This document shows positions 26,558 through 41,333 of a stretch of 64,000 bases of DNA, piece after piece. Made by a program: the position numbers and the translations under genes. The stretch lies in contig OZ024743.1 in the NCBI GenBank assembly GCA_964016885.1, positions 89,466,001-89,530,000 on the forward strand. Direction: 5' to 3'. Origin of the DNA: Eledone cirrhosa. Its lineage: Eukaryota. The notes under the pieces are model-generated. The model searched no databases. It saw nothing but the letters and a program-made list of their open reading frames with translations, and was not told the DNA's origin. How positions within the stretch are numbered: position 1 is the first letter of the stretch; each line of letters opens with the position of its first letter.

Positions 26558-27317
26558 ATGCATGTATGTATATATGCATGAGTGCGTGTGTGTCTCCATT
26601 TGTGTGAATTTATGTTTACCGTTTATTTAGATTTGATTTATAGATCGCAAAAGTCGTATATAGGTTAACCTAGATTTGACACGTGTTTTCTTTTCATTGT
26701 TTAAAATACACACACTTTATCGACTCTGTAGTCTGTATACATTCTTCGAAGACACCTTATGCGACCGGTGCCTACCAAAACACTTAAGCCCTGAAAGCAT
26801 TACTTGAATTAATCTACCACTACAACGCTGCATTGAGTTTTATCAACATTGTCTGCCCCACATCTTTTCAGTGTTCAGCTTGGTTCTTCACTAACACACA
26901 CACACACACACACGCACGTACACCATACAGTGATACACACACATACACACACCATGCAAACACGCACATATACACGATTACTCATACAGAGTGTTTTCAC
27001 CATACGCACTCTTGTTATCTAACGTTACAATCCTCTATTCTATTAGATTCGATCCTTTTCAAAATGGCCGCCATATAACAACCTATACATGAACCTTTTT
27101 GTTCGCCATTTTTTTCTTTCCCAGGAAAGTACATGGGGAAAAGAGAGACAGGAAATAATTCCTTTTTTTCTTTTTCATTATATAGTCTCCTAAGAAAGAG
27201 CTATGTTTTGCACCTCAGATTAACACTTCTTTAGTCTCTTGTGCATTAGACTAATAACTTTGATTCCTATCCTGTTCTAATGCTGATTTTTTATACCCCT
27301 ACCATTGTATATTATCT

Positions 27318-27398
<81 letters not shown>

Positions 27399-28071
27399 TA
27401 TCTGATTCAGTGAAATACTGGTCGTGATACCAATATGAGCGCTTTTGCACAGGCAGAGTGTATATAATAAGAAAAACGTTTACATGTATTTATGGTTTTA
27501 TTGTGTACCGACATGTTACATGTGTTTCGCAGAGGATTGGGTCAAGGTCATCGATGGAAATTATCGACCAGTATCGAACTACTCCGCAAACTGGTGAATC
27601 AACAAAAAAATATAATGTTTGTGGCTTTGTGGCAACAGATCGATGCACAATAATAAATAAACTTAGGTACATGTAAGTCAAATTTCATCGAATACACACG
27701 TGTATTTTTCCTCCTTTTTTTTCTCATTTTCTCCCGTTCTTTCCTCTTTTCACTCTTTACCTTTTTATTGAAGGACTAGTGTCCGAAACGTTAAGAGTCT
27801 TTTCCTGTTAATTTAAACGTTAAACTAATATATTTCTTCATTGTACTATGTCGTTTGCTTTATTATTTACTTTTTACACACACACACACACAGATATATA
27901 TACACATACAAATGTAGATATATATACAAATATATATATACTTATATATATTTGTATATGTGTGTATATATATTTATATATATATATCTTATTCTTTCAT
28001 TGAGATGTCTACGCAATAGGAAGAGTTAACTTTATAAATTAATATAAGTGTGAATGTGTGTGTGTGTGACT

Positions 28072-28118
<47 letters not shown>

Positions 28119-28149
28119 ATATATATATATTTTATATATATATATTTTA

Positions 28150-28355
28150 TCATTTATTTTGTTTGACCTGTTTAGCTTGATTTGTTTGGCTTAGGTGGTT
28201 AATGCCTTGTTGACCACTTTTTCAGTTTGTATGGCGTTTTAACATTGTTTAGCTCTAGTTTTTCAACTATTGAGCGCTTGCCAGCATTTCTACGATTTTG
28301 CGTTTCGTTTCGCTTTTTCTACCAGCCGAAATACGATTCTCGCTGAATTCTATTT
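28150..28355. repeat. Unclassified dispersed repeat, second copy at ~39940-40157
   Basis: gtttgacctgtttagcttgattt..cgattctcgctgaat is shared by both copies. Both end at (TA)n. Confidence 0.75.
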
Positions 28356-28702
28356 ATATATATATATATGGGGGGGGGGGGGGGGGGGGGGGGGTATAAA
28401 GAAACAGAGAGAGAGAGAGAGAGGGAGAGAGAGATAAGGAGAACGAAGGAAGATCTAGTCGACTGTGACGTCACTATGTCTGTGACAGAAGAGTTATGGT
28501 AATCCCTTGCTCCAATTGTAACATGCAGACAAATGTCAGGTAGCGAGTTACATTGATCTGGAGAGGAAGCCCACCAGTTTTCAGACGGAGTTCCTGCTAC
28601 TGCTGCTGCTGCTGCTGCTTCTGTTGTTAAACAGTCAGATTATATTTATTTACTCAACTATTTATTTTTCTTGAATACATTTTCTGCCTAAACCATGTTA
28701 AA

Positions 28703-28758
<56 letters not shown>

Positions 28759-29085
28759 GTGTATAATGGTAGCTAAGGTGCTTCCATAGGCGGTATGCCA
28801 AAATTAGCACTCGATATTCATCAGTGTAGAGTGTAGATATTATAAATATTATATATATATATATATATGTGTAGATAAATCTACCAAAATATACGGTAGT
28901 GTCCAATCCGTATGAAGAATTCAATGTAATCCAAATATCATGAAAAGAGAAGATCTATTCAAAACTTTTTTCGATGAAAATCACAGGAAAACAGAGTCAA
29001 GATAAATTAATAAAAACAATGAATAAAAACAAAGAAACAGTTCCTTATATTAAAAAATTCATCATTTAATATATATAAACGATCA

Positions 29086-29465
<380 letters not shown>

Positions 29466-29981
29466 GCTCTGTTCGAGCTTGCCAGTCACGTAAGTCTGAT
29501 ATTTGATTTCGGATTCAAAGAAACACTTTAAACGTATAATCGTTTGATTTGTCCAGGGGTATTTTTCTCAACCTGTTAGATCTATCGTTACTTTGGTATA
29601 TTATTGTGTGTTAGATTTTGCCTACCACAATGTTCGATTTGTCAAGCTATTTAAACGTATGTTATTACTCTAAGGACCTACCTTATCAAGTGCTTTGCTA
29701 ACTCATCATTTCATATAAGTAGGTCGAATTTGCTTGCAAACCGCCAGAGATTCGATTTTACTAAATTTCCAATTATATATATATATATTTACAGAAAATG
29801 GCGGCGTTTTACAGCACTTATTAAAAGGCGCAGAAAACCATAGATTTCTTAAGGGTAGATAACTTTGTGGTGCAGTATATAATGGTTTCTGATTTAGGCA
29901 CAAGGCCAACAATTTTAGGGAAATGACCAGTTTTATCAATTGGTGAAACATAATATATATATATATATAATGCATTTTTCT

Positions 29982-30015
<34 letters not shown>

Positions 30016-30781
30016 TAAGAAAAATGCCAAAGAGAAGATAAAACAAAGAACGAAAAACAATTTTTATGGGGAAAACTTAAAAAACATAAATTTTGAAAAA
30101 TAAAAATACAAACGAAGGACACAGAACTTCAAGATCATCGGCCATTGAGGTGGACTTTGGTATATTGTGTATGTGTGCGTGTGTGCGTGTGTGTGTTTGT
30201 ATGTGTGTGTGTGTGTGTGCGTATGTGTACGTTTGGGTTTAGAAACGAGGGAAAGACAATCCAATACATACATTGTTTGACACTAATTTCTTTCTAGACC
30301 CTTGAGTCACTACTAAGGTAATGTCAGGAAACAAACGATTATATATACATATCTGCACGTACGAACAACTCACACAAACACATAATTAAACTCACACACA
30401 CACACGCGGTCACAGAGAACACGTGTTGTCGGCAACGGAAGCAGGTCCCATGTAATATATGTCTAAGTGACAAGACAACTGTCAACAGAGACAAACAGAT
30501 ATTTAGAGAAAGCGTATAGTGGTTGTAGTGCAGGTGGTGGTGGGGAGGTTTTTGTGGCTGACCTTAACAATTTTGGGGAGCTGGAAACAATGGGAGAGAT
30601 GACCTTTGCTATAGGGAAGACGGTAGGTGGGCAGAGGTTGGAAATGACTATGTTAAATATCTGTTTCACTCTTTGTTTGCTGAAGGTAACAATGTCAGAC
30701 GAACTTATCTCACGCTGTCTCTCATTTGGTATTTCATATTTCATATCTATATACATACACAAACATAAACACAACACTTGG

Positions 30782-30821
<40 letters not shown>

Positions 30822-31309
30822 TATATATAACCATCACTATTCTATTAATGTCGATATAATTCTTATATCGATATTATTTGGGCATCCACTGATGAGTTTA
30901 TAAGATCCCGCTTGTGTATAAAACTATGGATTATATACAAGTTTCTACATAATCTGGAAATTATTTATCCCAAATTGTAGAAATCTTATAACGAAGTCTG
31001 GAAGGAAAGAGATATTTATTTAATAATGTCTCATATAAAATAATACAACCAGCTATCCACACAATACTGATTAGTTCGCACCCCAAACGCTAAACTGGGA
31101 TAATACTTAGGTATATCCTAATGTTTGTTGAGTGAGATGGAGTTGGTCAGAGTATCGCTTAAAGCTTTCTCTGTTAATGTATTAAATATATATATATATA
31201 TATATATGCGCGTGTGTGTGTGGGTGGGTGGGTGTGTGGGTGTATATATAAATATATATATATATATATACACACACACATATATATATATATATATTTA
31301 TATATAGTG

Positions 31310-33862
31310 GTGGTGTGTGGTGTGTAACATGGTGAATGGTGTGATATGATGTGTTGTAGTATGGTGTGGTGTATGGTGCTGTCCAGTGCAGTATATAATA
31401 TAGTGTGTGGTGCGGTGTGGAGTGGTGTACTGCGGTGTGGAGTGGTGTACTGCGGTGTGGAGTGCTGTAGTGCGGTGTGGAGTGGTGTACTGCGGTGTGG
31501 AGTGCTGTAGTGCGGTGTGGAGTGGTGTACTCCGGTGTGGAGTGCTGTAGTGCGGTGTGGAGTGGTGTACTGTGGTGTGGAGTGCTGTAGTGCAGAGTGC
31601 TGTAGTGCGGTGTGGAGTGGTGTACTGCGGTGTGGAGTGCTGTAGTGCGGTATGGAGTGGTGTAGTGCGGTGTGGAGTGGTGTAGTGTAGTGTGGTGCGG
31701 TGTGGTGTAGTGTAGTGTGCTGTAGTGTAGCATGGTGTGCTGTGGTGTAATGTGGTGTAGTCTTGTGTGCTGAGGTGTCGTGTGATGTAATGTGGGGTGG
31801 TGTTTGTAGTGTAGTGTGGTGTAGTGTAGTGTGGTGTAGTGTGGTGTGGTGTAGTGTGGTGTAGTATGGTGTGATGTAGTGTAGTGTGGTGTAATGTGGT
31901 GTGGTGTAGTGTAGTGTAGTGTGGTGTAGTGTAGTGTAATGTGGTGTAGTGTAGTGTGGTGTGTAGTGGAGTGTGATATGGTGTAGTGTAGTGTTGTGTG
32001 ACGTAGTGTACTGTTGTGTGGTGTGGTGTAGTGTGGTGTGGTGTAGTGTAGTGTAGTGTGGTGTAGTGTAGTGTGATGTAGTGTAGTGTGGTGTAGTGTA
32101 GTGTGGTGTAGTGTAGTGTGGTGTAGTGAAGTGTGGTGTAGTGTAGTGTGGTGTAGTGTGGTGCAGTGTGGTGTTGTGTAGTGTAGTGTGGTGTAGTGTT
32201 GTGTGACGTAGTGTACTGTTGTGTGGTGTGGTGTGGTGTGGTGTGGTGTAGTGTAGTGTGGTGTAGTGTAGTGTGGTGTAGTGTAGTGTGGTGTAGTGAA
32301 GTGTGGTGTAGTGTGGTGCAGTGTGGTGTTGTGTAGTGTAGTGTGGTGTAGTGAAGTGTGGTGTAGTGTAGTGTGGTGTGGTGTGTAGTGTGGTGTAGTG
32401 TAGTGTGGTGTAGTGAAGTGTGGTGTGGTGTAGTGTGGTGTAGTGTGGTGTTGTGTAGTGTAGTGTGGTGTAGTCAAGTGTGGTGTAGTGTAGTGTGGTG
32501 CAGTGTGGTGTTGTATAGTGCAGTGTGGTGTAGTGTGGTGTTGTGTGCTGTTGTGAGGTGCAGTGTAGTGTAGTGGGGTGTAGTGTAGTGTGGTGTAGTG
32601 AAGTGTGGTGTAGTGTGGTGTGGTGCAGTGTGGTGTTGTATAGTGTAGTGTGGTATAGTGTGGTGCAGTGTGGTGTTGTGTAGTGTAGTGTGGTGTGGTG
32701 TGCGGTGTAGTGTAGTGTGGTGAAGTGTGGTGTCGTGTAGTGTGGTGCAGTGTGGTGTTGTATAGTGTAGTGTGGTTTAGTGTAGTGTGGTGTGGTGTAG
32801 TGTAGTGTGGTGTAGTGTGGTGTGGTGTAGTGTGGAGTAGTGTGGTGTGGTGTAGTGTAGTGTGGTGTAGTATAGTGTGGTGTGGTGTTCTGTAGTGTGG
32901 TGTAGTGTGGTTTAGTGTAGTGTAGTGTGGTGTGGTGTTCTGTAGTGTGGTGTAGTGTGGTGTTGTGTAGTGTAGTGTAGTGTAGTGTGGTTTAGTGTAG
33001 TGTAGTGTAGTGTGGTTTAGTGTAGTGTAGTGTAGTGTAGTGTAGTGTGGTGTTGTGTAGTGTAGTGTAGTGTAGTGTGGTTTAGTGTAGTGTAGTGTAG
33101 TGTAGTGTAGTGTGGTGTAGTGTGGTTTAGTGTAGTGTAGTGTGGTGTTGTGTAGTGTAGTGTGGTGTAGTGTGGTTTAGTGTAGTGTAGTGTAGTGTGG
33201 TGTGGTGTAGTGTGGTTTAGTGTAGTGTAGTGTAGTGTAGTGTAGTGTGGTGTTGTGTAGTGTAGTGTAGTGTAGTGTAGTGTGGTTTAGTGTAGTGTAG
33301 TGTAGTGTAGTGTGGTGTAGTGTGGTTTAGTGTAGTGTGGTGTTGTGTAGTGTAGTGTGGTGTAGTGTGGTTTAGTGTAGTGTAGTGTAGTGTGGTGTAG
33401 TGTGGTTTAGTGTAGTGTAGTGTGGTGTTGTGTAGTGTAGTGTGGTGTAGTGTGATGTAGTGTGGTGTAGTGTGGTGTTGTGTAGTTTTTGTGTGGTGTA
33501 GTGTGGTGTAGTGTGGTGTAGTGTAGTGTAGTGTGGTGTTGTGTAGTGTAGTGTGGTGTAGTGTGGTTTAGTGTAGTGTAGTGTAGTGTTGTGTGGTGTT
33601 CTGTAGTGTGGCGTAGTGTGAGTTTGTGTAGTGTAGTGTGGTGTAGTGTGGTGTAGTGTGGTATTGTGTAGTGTAGTGTCGTGTAGTGTGATGTAGTGTG
33701 GTGTAGTGTGGTGTTGTGTAGTTTTTGTGTGGTGTAGTGTGGTGTAGTGTGGTGTAGTGTAGTGTGGTGTTGTGTAGTGTAGTGTGGTGTAGTGTGGTTT
33801 AGTGTAGTGTAGTGTGGTGTAGTGTGGTTTAGTGTAGTGTAGTGTAGCGTGGTGTGGTGTAG
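31310..33862 (+). repeat. (GTGTA/GTGTG)n pentamer satellite with a 20-bp higher-order block at ~31410-31690
   Basis: Directly visible. Confidence 0.95.
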
Positions 33863-34062
33863 TTGATCTCAGTATATTGAAAGCATATCTTCTCTAGACG
33901 ACTTGACTGAGTTCCGATTGGCTTTCTGAGTGGCACACCTAATTTTAAAACTGTCTTGAACTTTAGTAGTGCGGCCCGCCTTATGGTACGGCCCACTGAT
34001 CTGGGGATTACTATGTACTGTGATGTAGATAAGAGACAGATAAGCGGAGGAAGAGAGAAGCT

Positions 34063-34129
<67 letters not shown>

Positions 34130-34448
34130 GGACAGGGAGAGAGCGAGATAAGCAGAGAAAAGAGTGAGTAGTGAGAGAGAACGAGAGACGGCGTATATGT
34201 TATGTGTATGTATGTGTATATATATATATATCACCCCGCCTCCCTCTCCCCACTCCACCCGCCACCACCCCTACATGCTCCACACCCTTCCACCACTTGT
34301 TTATCTTCATGTTTATTTTTATTTTTATTATTTTTTTTTATATTTATTTTTATTTGTTCCACCGTTTTACCTCCGCCCCCCCCCTTTTCTAAATGTTCCT
34401 CTCCACTCCCCTACACACCCTTGGAACTCTCTTCCCACACACTTTTCG

Positions 34449-34560
34449 CCTGAAGAAGGGCTTATGCCCGAAACGCCCCCCCCCCCACTCTTAAGAGCGT
34501 GAAACTAATAAACCTTTGTTCGTACTGCCTCTCTATTTTGTTCCCGTTCCATTTTTCACT
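34449..34560 (+). ncRNA. Penelope-type HHR core within a pLTR remnant (inverted relative at ~36960-37045)
   Basis: CTGAAGA-A-GGGC-ttat-GCCC-GAAA-CG. The downstream agcgtgaaactaata is shared with the 37000 copy (CCGAAGA-A-GGGC-ttaa-GCCC-GATA-CGTC). Confidence 0.55.
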
Positions 34561-34631
34561 ATATATATATATATATAGGAACCAGTAAGACCCCGACGGC
34601 TGAGCTCAAGCCGTTTCGACGGCTAATTCTG

Positions 34632-34686
<55 letters not shown>

Positions 34687-34822
34687 TGTGTGTGTGTGTG
34701 TTTGTGTGTGTGTGTTAGAATCATTTTACAATGGTCCAGATATATAAACAACTATTATTAAGGTCATCGTTATTGTAATTTTTCTGTAAAAGTACTTACA
34801 GATGGGCGACATTATCATCAGG

Positions 34823-35697
34823 CAGGGCCGAATTTAATGGGGAGTAAAGGGGGAAATTATCCCACCACCCCTCCTCCCACCAGTAACGGCCGTAGTAGTT
34901 TATTTGTACCCTTTCTTAGTCTTTTTAATTTTATCCCTCTGACAGCGAGAACTATATTTTTAACAAAAGGTATTTATAAAAACACAACAGGAGGAAACAG
35001 CGATAATCACTGAAGATGTCACAGGAAAATGTGTGACGAAAGAAATTTGAGAAATTATATTTGTATTTGAATTTATATTTTTAACCGTTGGTCAATCAAT
35101 GATAAACATTGATTGCCAGCTAAATTATTTATATACATATAAAAATACACTGAAGCGAAAAGCAAACGAAACAGTACGTTTTACTATTTTTGGCAATATT
35201 AGGACAACATGACTTTCCTCCAATATAACACTATCTATTTCAACACACGATTTCATCATCGCCGTATTTAATGACTAGAAACGTCAAGTCTCAGAACAAT
35301 ATTCTACTAATAAAAAATATTTGATGTCGCTGTGTGAAATGGTTGTGCTGATATCGCAAAAACAATACACCCAGTAAATACTCTAAAGTAGTTATGTTAG
35401 GAAGGTCATCCAGCCATAGAAACCATGCCAAATATGTAATGTATGAGCAAGATGACGTCACTTTAATATGTCTGGTGTCGAATGACTGTGACAACCCGTC
35501 CAACACATACCAGTGTGGAAAGTGGATGTAAAATGATGGTTAGATTTTTTTTTGAATTTAGTACCTGTATGTATACCTTTTCGATTCCAATTACTTGCAC
35601 CAAGCCGACATTGATATGTAAAATTGTGGGTTTGCTGTGTATTCTAAATTATTGTGTATGACCCCCCCCCCCCCTCCAAGGTCTAAACCCGACCTTG
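34823..35697. mobile_element. hAT-like element containing a solo Penelope pLTR (34980-35230) and a SINE with RTE-like tail (35335-35540)
   Basis: TIRs CAGGGCCGAATTTA/TAAACCCGACCTTG with 8-bp TSD tcatcagg/tcaacagg. HHR CTGAAGA-T-GTCACA..TGTGAC-GAAA at 35010-35041. Confidence 0.6.
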
Positions 35698-35751
35698 TCA
35701 ACAGGTACAAAGGGAAAATGTATGTATGTATGTATGTATGTATGTATGTAT

Positions 35752-35893
35752 GTTTTCTCTTTCTCTTAATTTCGAGTATATTTTTTTGACCGGCCACCTT
35801 CCTGGTGGCAAGGTTGTAAAAGAAAAGAAATTGTCATCCCTTGAATCGCAAGAATGTTTTGCATATTTTGAAGGTGCCAGCTATCGCAGCCAT
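35752..35893 (-). mobile_element. 3' end of an RLE LINE (family B) with (TACA)n tail
   Basis: Minus strand encodes SLQMAAIAGTFKICKTFLRFKG*. The 3'UTR is shared with 58283-58548. Tail (ATGT)n at 35718-35752. Confidence 0.65.
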
Positions 35894-36139
35894 TTGTAGA
35901 CTATGAATTAGGGAGCTGTGCTAGGTTGTCTGTGTGTGTGTGTGTAAATATCACATGATTAGAAGTGGGCGGTGAAAATTGAAAATTGAATTGAATTAGT
36001 AATATTTTTAGTCCAGAGATGAATGCTAATGCAAGCTGCTCCCATCGAACACCAGCATAACCTCTGACATCTATTGCCAACAATTTGAGAGATTAATAGA
36101 GAAAATCACATCGTACAGGTCCACACACAACATGGTCCT

Positions 36140-36425
36140 GTTCAATTTCTTCAAAATAACGCTCGGTCACATACATCCAGGATGACCTGTGAGAGGTTCT
36201 GCCCCACCCGTCGTACTGGCCCAACCTCGCACCTACAATATATCACCTTTTTCTCTCAACCAGCAATGCAAAGCAGTCAAAGATCTTCGCCAATGAGGAT
36301 CAGTTAAATCAGTGGCTGGAGGAAATCTTTGCATCGAAGCCAGAATAATTATACAGGGATGGAATCATTGTACCTTTCTAAATGATGTATGGCGGTAATC
36401 GCAAATGAAGGCGATTATTTTGAAT
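36140..36425 (+). pseudogene. Mariner transposase catalytic-domain remnant
   Basis: FLQNNARSHT (cf. HDNARPH), EVLPHPSYWPNLAPTIYHLF (cf. YSPDLAPSDYHLF), FASKP..YRDGI and EGDYFE. Confidence 0.8.
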
Positions 36426-36499
36426 TGTAATTTTTTATAACTGTTAAGAACGCCAATGTCAATAAAAAATAATAAAAAAAAGTGAGAATTTTCTATCCA

Positions 36500-36647
36500 A
36501 GTACATTCTTGATGATCTCATAGGAATGAAACAGTTATAGTCCTGTAGAAGCCATTTCTATATAAAATAAAGATGCTTATACTCTACCAACGTATAGAGT
36601 ACGTTCATTGACTGTGGTCACCTTCCGATCCCTTTCAGGAACCTACC

Positions 36648-36650
<3 letters not shown>
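36500..36650 (+). mobile_element. pLTR fragment with degenerate HHR
   Basis: attc-TTGATGA-TCTCatagGAAT-GAA-ACAG-ttatagtc-CTGT-A-gaa, followed by (TA)n. Confidence 0.55.
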
Positions 36651-36708
<58 letters not shown>

Positions 36709-36852
36709 TATATACATATATATATATACATAAGGGTTTAGATAGATATCCAATGATTTCTATCTTGTTTACAATTTGCTCAACAAATTCGTTTGGAGCA
36801 TACACAAAGGAGTAATTGTAACACACACACACGCACACACACACACACACCC

Positions 36853-36933
<81 letters not shown>

Positions 36934-37783
36934 GTCCAAGGAGACAACAAACAGAGGTATACAATATCTTATTAGTTTCACGCTTTATATTGGAAAGAGG
37001 AAAGAGGAAAGTTCGACGTATCGGGCTTAAGCCCTTCTTCGGGAGTGTGAGTGAGTGTATGATAAATTATAAGGGGTGTATGTATATTGAAGTTTATAAT
37101 GTGTACGTGAAAAGTATCTAACTGTGATCTGTATGTATGCGTGTATGTATTATCGAGTATGTGTGAGGATAAAGGACGTAGTTTAGTGTGTGATAGAGAG
37201 CATATGGCAGAGCAAATTAAAGGAAGATGTGTGGCGCATTAAGATCAGGAGGAAGAAAGGTTTGTAAGGAGAACATAAGTTGTTGTTCCCTCCGCCAGCG
37301 TGAGTCAAGGGGTCCAGCATTGTGTGAGCCCGAAGACACTGCGGTGCTGAGACCGCGGAGACCTCTAAGCCGAAACCGCCTGATGCAGCGGTCGGGATTT
37401 TACATATATCTCTATGTATGTATATGTATATATATATATGTGTGTGTGGGGTAACAAGTTATCGTTATAGGTAATCCAGTTAGAGGTTGTGAGTACTCTG
37501 CGTCGTGGATAGTTTCAACGTACGGCTTTGTTTGACTCTACAAGATGTTTCCATAGTTAGGTAGCGAGTTCGCGACAATTCCTATGTAGGTTATACTTGG
37601 AGTAATAATAGTGAAAGAATTCTGAGGATTTGGTCAGAGGTAAATAATGTAATAGAGATCGAGTGACGCAACTTCGAGCGATTAGCGGCCTCTAGACTTA
37701 CCTGATCAATGAAACAATTGTTAATACTAATACCTGAAATAAAGCCCCTTGTTGTACAGCCAACCATGTTACACTTCATTCTT

Positions 37784-37892
<109 letters not shown>

Positions 37893-38383
37893 AAAATTGC
37901 TTATACGCAAACATTAAATCATTAAATAAAAATCGGAGATTCTAAGAAAATACAAACATGAACGGAAATTTACCATATCTCGGCAATGAAAGTGTTACAA
38001 CACACAGGCAATCAGAACATGGCACCTGCACAACGTAGGCAGAAGAATGCCAACTCTTCACCTTAACATCTGACCTCATAATTTAGCACTATTTTCCACT
38101 CTTCATACAACCCACACCTAACACATTCTAGACATTCCAGCTATATTCTTTTATGTCTCTCAACCCAAATGATTCACCTTGTTTTATAAACATTTATTTA
38201 TCTTCATCTCTGTCCCTCTCATATATATAAGTGTGTGTGCGTGTGTGTGTAGGTGTGTGTATGTGTGTGTATGTGTGTCTGCGTGTGTGTGTGTCTTTGT
38301 GTGAGTGTGTGTATGTAAATCTGGACCACTATCCATCCTGCAATATACCTATCTGATCTATCTAATTATCTATTTATCTATCT

Positions 38384-38532
<149 letters not shown>

Positions 38533-38658
38533 ATCTCGGGAATTTTACCCGCCCTAAATATATATGTGTGTATATAGATGTATGTATGTATGTGCACGCG
38601 TGTGTGTGTGTGTGTGTGTATGTGTGTGGTTTTCAACCTGTCCAGTTATCCATCCATC

Positions 38659-38813
<155 letters not shown>

Positions 38814-39339
38814 TATGTGTATGTGTATGTGTGTGTGTCTGTGTGTGAGTGTCTGTTTGTCTGTCTGTGTCTGTGTATATGTGTGTAAATCTGTCCAGCT
38901 ATCTAGCCATCTATTTATCTAACCACCTATCTACGTGTCAATTTTCCCGTCCATTTATCTGTCATTCTTTTGTTTCTTTTTATCTCATTATATTTTATCT
39001 TATATCTCCTCTTCTGTCCCCTTTCCGTTTTCTCTTTCTTTCTTTACATCTTACTTTTATCTCTAGTAACAGCTCATCATTTCCTGCCCTTACCCATTTC
39101 ACTAATATACCCAAAATGCACCATACTTTTTGTAATAACTTCCGTTTTCTTCCGTAACAGGAGAAGTGTGTTCCATGAGAACTAGAAGGCAGAAGAGAGT
39201 TTCATACAGCTATAGCATAATTACATGAAACAATTTGTCGCCATCTTACATCCTAACAGTTGATTACATTACACAAACACCACACACACACACGTGCATA
39301 CACATACTTCATATATATATATTAATATATATGTGTGTG

Positions 39340-39760
39340 ATGGCGCATGGCCTAGTGGGTAGGATGCTTGCTGTTGCATCGTAATCTAATCGGGTCAATT
39401 CCTGGACAGGCTGCTGTGTTGTGTTCTTGAGAAAAAACATTCTATTTCACATTAGTCAAGTACAATCAGCTGAGAGTGATTACCAGTTAGGAAGTTAATC
39501 CTGTGATAGACTTACGATTATAATCATCTAGGTTCGATTTGTTGACGAGGTGGCACGTTGTATCGTTGTATGATTCAGCAAGACACTTCATTTCATGTTG
39601 CTCCAGTTTCCACAGTTGAAAGGAAATGAGTATCAGCAGCAGCTGGACGTCAACCCTGCGATAGACTAGCGTCCTTTTCAGGGAGAGTCTTGTACTCTAA
39701 GTCACTTAACACCAAGGAAACCGGTGATAAGCACCGACCTGATGTGCCTTTGGCTTAGAA
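39340..39760 (+). mobile_element. Composite tRNA-head SINE(s), V-SINE-like
   Basis: ggcgcatggcctagtgggtagg head, two B-box-like segments and a ccctgcgatagactagcgtcc core. Confidence 0.5.
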
Positions 39761-40155
39761 CACACACACATATAACAAAGTATAACAACAAAGTATAACA
39801 ACATATATATGATCATTATACACAAACACAAAGCTTATATTTTTAAGCAGACTGTATTTTGATTTAGGTGTCATAGAAACTCTACATCGGATTTTAACAG
39901 CAATTCCGGGAGTCCAGGTCTGGTTATCATTTATTTTTTATCATATATTTTGTTTTGACCTGTTTAGCTTGATTTGGTTTTTGGCTTGGGTGGTTAATGC
40001 CTTCTTGACCACCTTTTCAGTTTTGTATGGCTTCTTAACACATTGTTTAGCTCTGGCTTTTAACTATGGAGCACTTTGCCAGTATCATTTCTGATTTTTG
40101 CGTTTCGCTTCGCTTTTCCTGCCCGCCGAAATGCGATTCTCGCTGAATCTTTATT

Positions 40156-40216
<61 letters not shown>

Positions 40217-40364
40217 GAAGAGCACTGGAGGGTATATCCGTAGTAGTAGAGCACTGTAGTAGTAGAGTTCATGGGACGTGTTTGGTAGAAGTAGATCCAG
40301 AACAGTTAGTTCACCATACCGAATTGTTCACCTTATGTAGATCTTCAGACCGAGCTGAACTACT

Positions 40365-40401
<37 letters not shown>

Positions 40402-40406
40402 ATCTA

Positions 40407-40477
<71 letters not shown>

Positions 40478-40553
40478 TTAGGGTAAATATTGATGCAATT
40501 CAATTCAAGCACTCAACGTACTTTTTCCACATAGGAGTGACGGAGTAAATATC

Positions 40554-40615
40554 GAATAAGTAAAAGCGAAGTAGTTTCAGATGTTCATCTGAAACTACTT
40601 CGCTTTTACTTATTC
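40554..40615. repeat. Perfect 30-bp-arm palindrome with 2-nt loop at the end of a pLTR-like fragment
   Basis: gaataagtaaaagcgaagtagtttcagatg-tt-catctgaaactacttcgcttttacttattc. Confidence 0.85.
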
Positions 40616-40623
40616 TCTCTCTC

Positions 40624-40705
<82 letters not shown>

Positions 40706-41333
40706 GTGAGATAAGATTTTGTTTATGAATATAAGGAATGAATGCCTAAACAAGGAAGTTGCTTACCAAAGAGTTTGACTCGACGGTATCCTTTGAATCG
40801 TATAGCATAAATATCCAAGCAGGGGAATAGGGTAAATAGGTCCAGAAGAGATTACGGTGTGATATATACTGTGTCAGATGAGTAAATCAATCCCGGAGTC
40901 AAAGTCGATTGTAATCGATTATAGTTATGAGTTAGTCATTTGTCAAATACGTGTTACGCGTGATTGCAAAAAAAAAAATGGAAAATTGAAACTTCGATCT
41001 CTCTTAATATAAACTATAAACATACTGAGTGTTACTCCAATAGCAAACAGGTGTCGGTGTTAACACTGACGCCTTTAATACCGAGTATCCAATTCCCGTA
41101 AAAGCATAATAATGATAATAATAATTGTTTCTACTTTCGGCACAAGGCCAGCAATTACCCAGTGCAATACTGGTACTTTATTTTATCGACCCCGTAAGGA
41201 TGAAAGGTAAAGTTAACCTCGGCGGAATTTGAACTCAGAATGGTAAGGGCCGTAACTCTATGCGTCAAAGCATGGCGTCCGACCCTCTACCGATACTGCC
41301 AATGCACCGCCCATAATAATGATAATAATAATG

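Noticed and set aside
30463-30859. Non-repetitive ORFs on both strands as a possible host exon
   Set aside because: No recognisable domain or convincing splice sites, and both ORFs run into microsatellite.
31182-32477. 431-aa TTPHY/TTLHH repeat ORF
   Set aside because: It is a translation of the pentamer satellite, which lacks stop codons on that strand.
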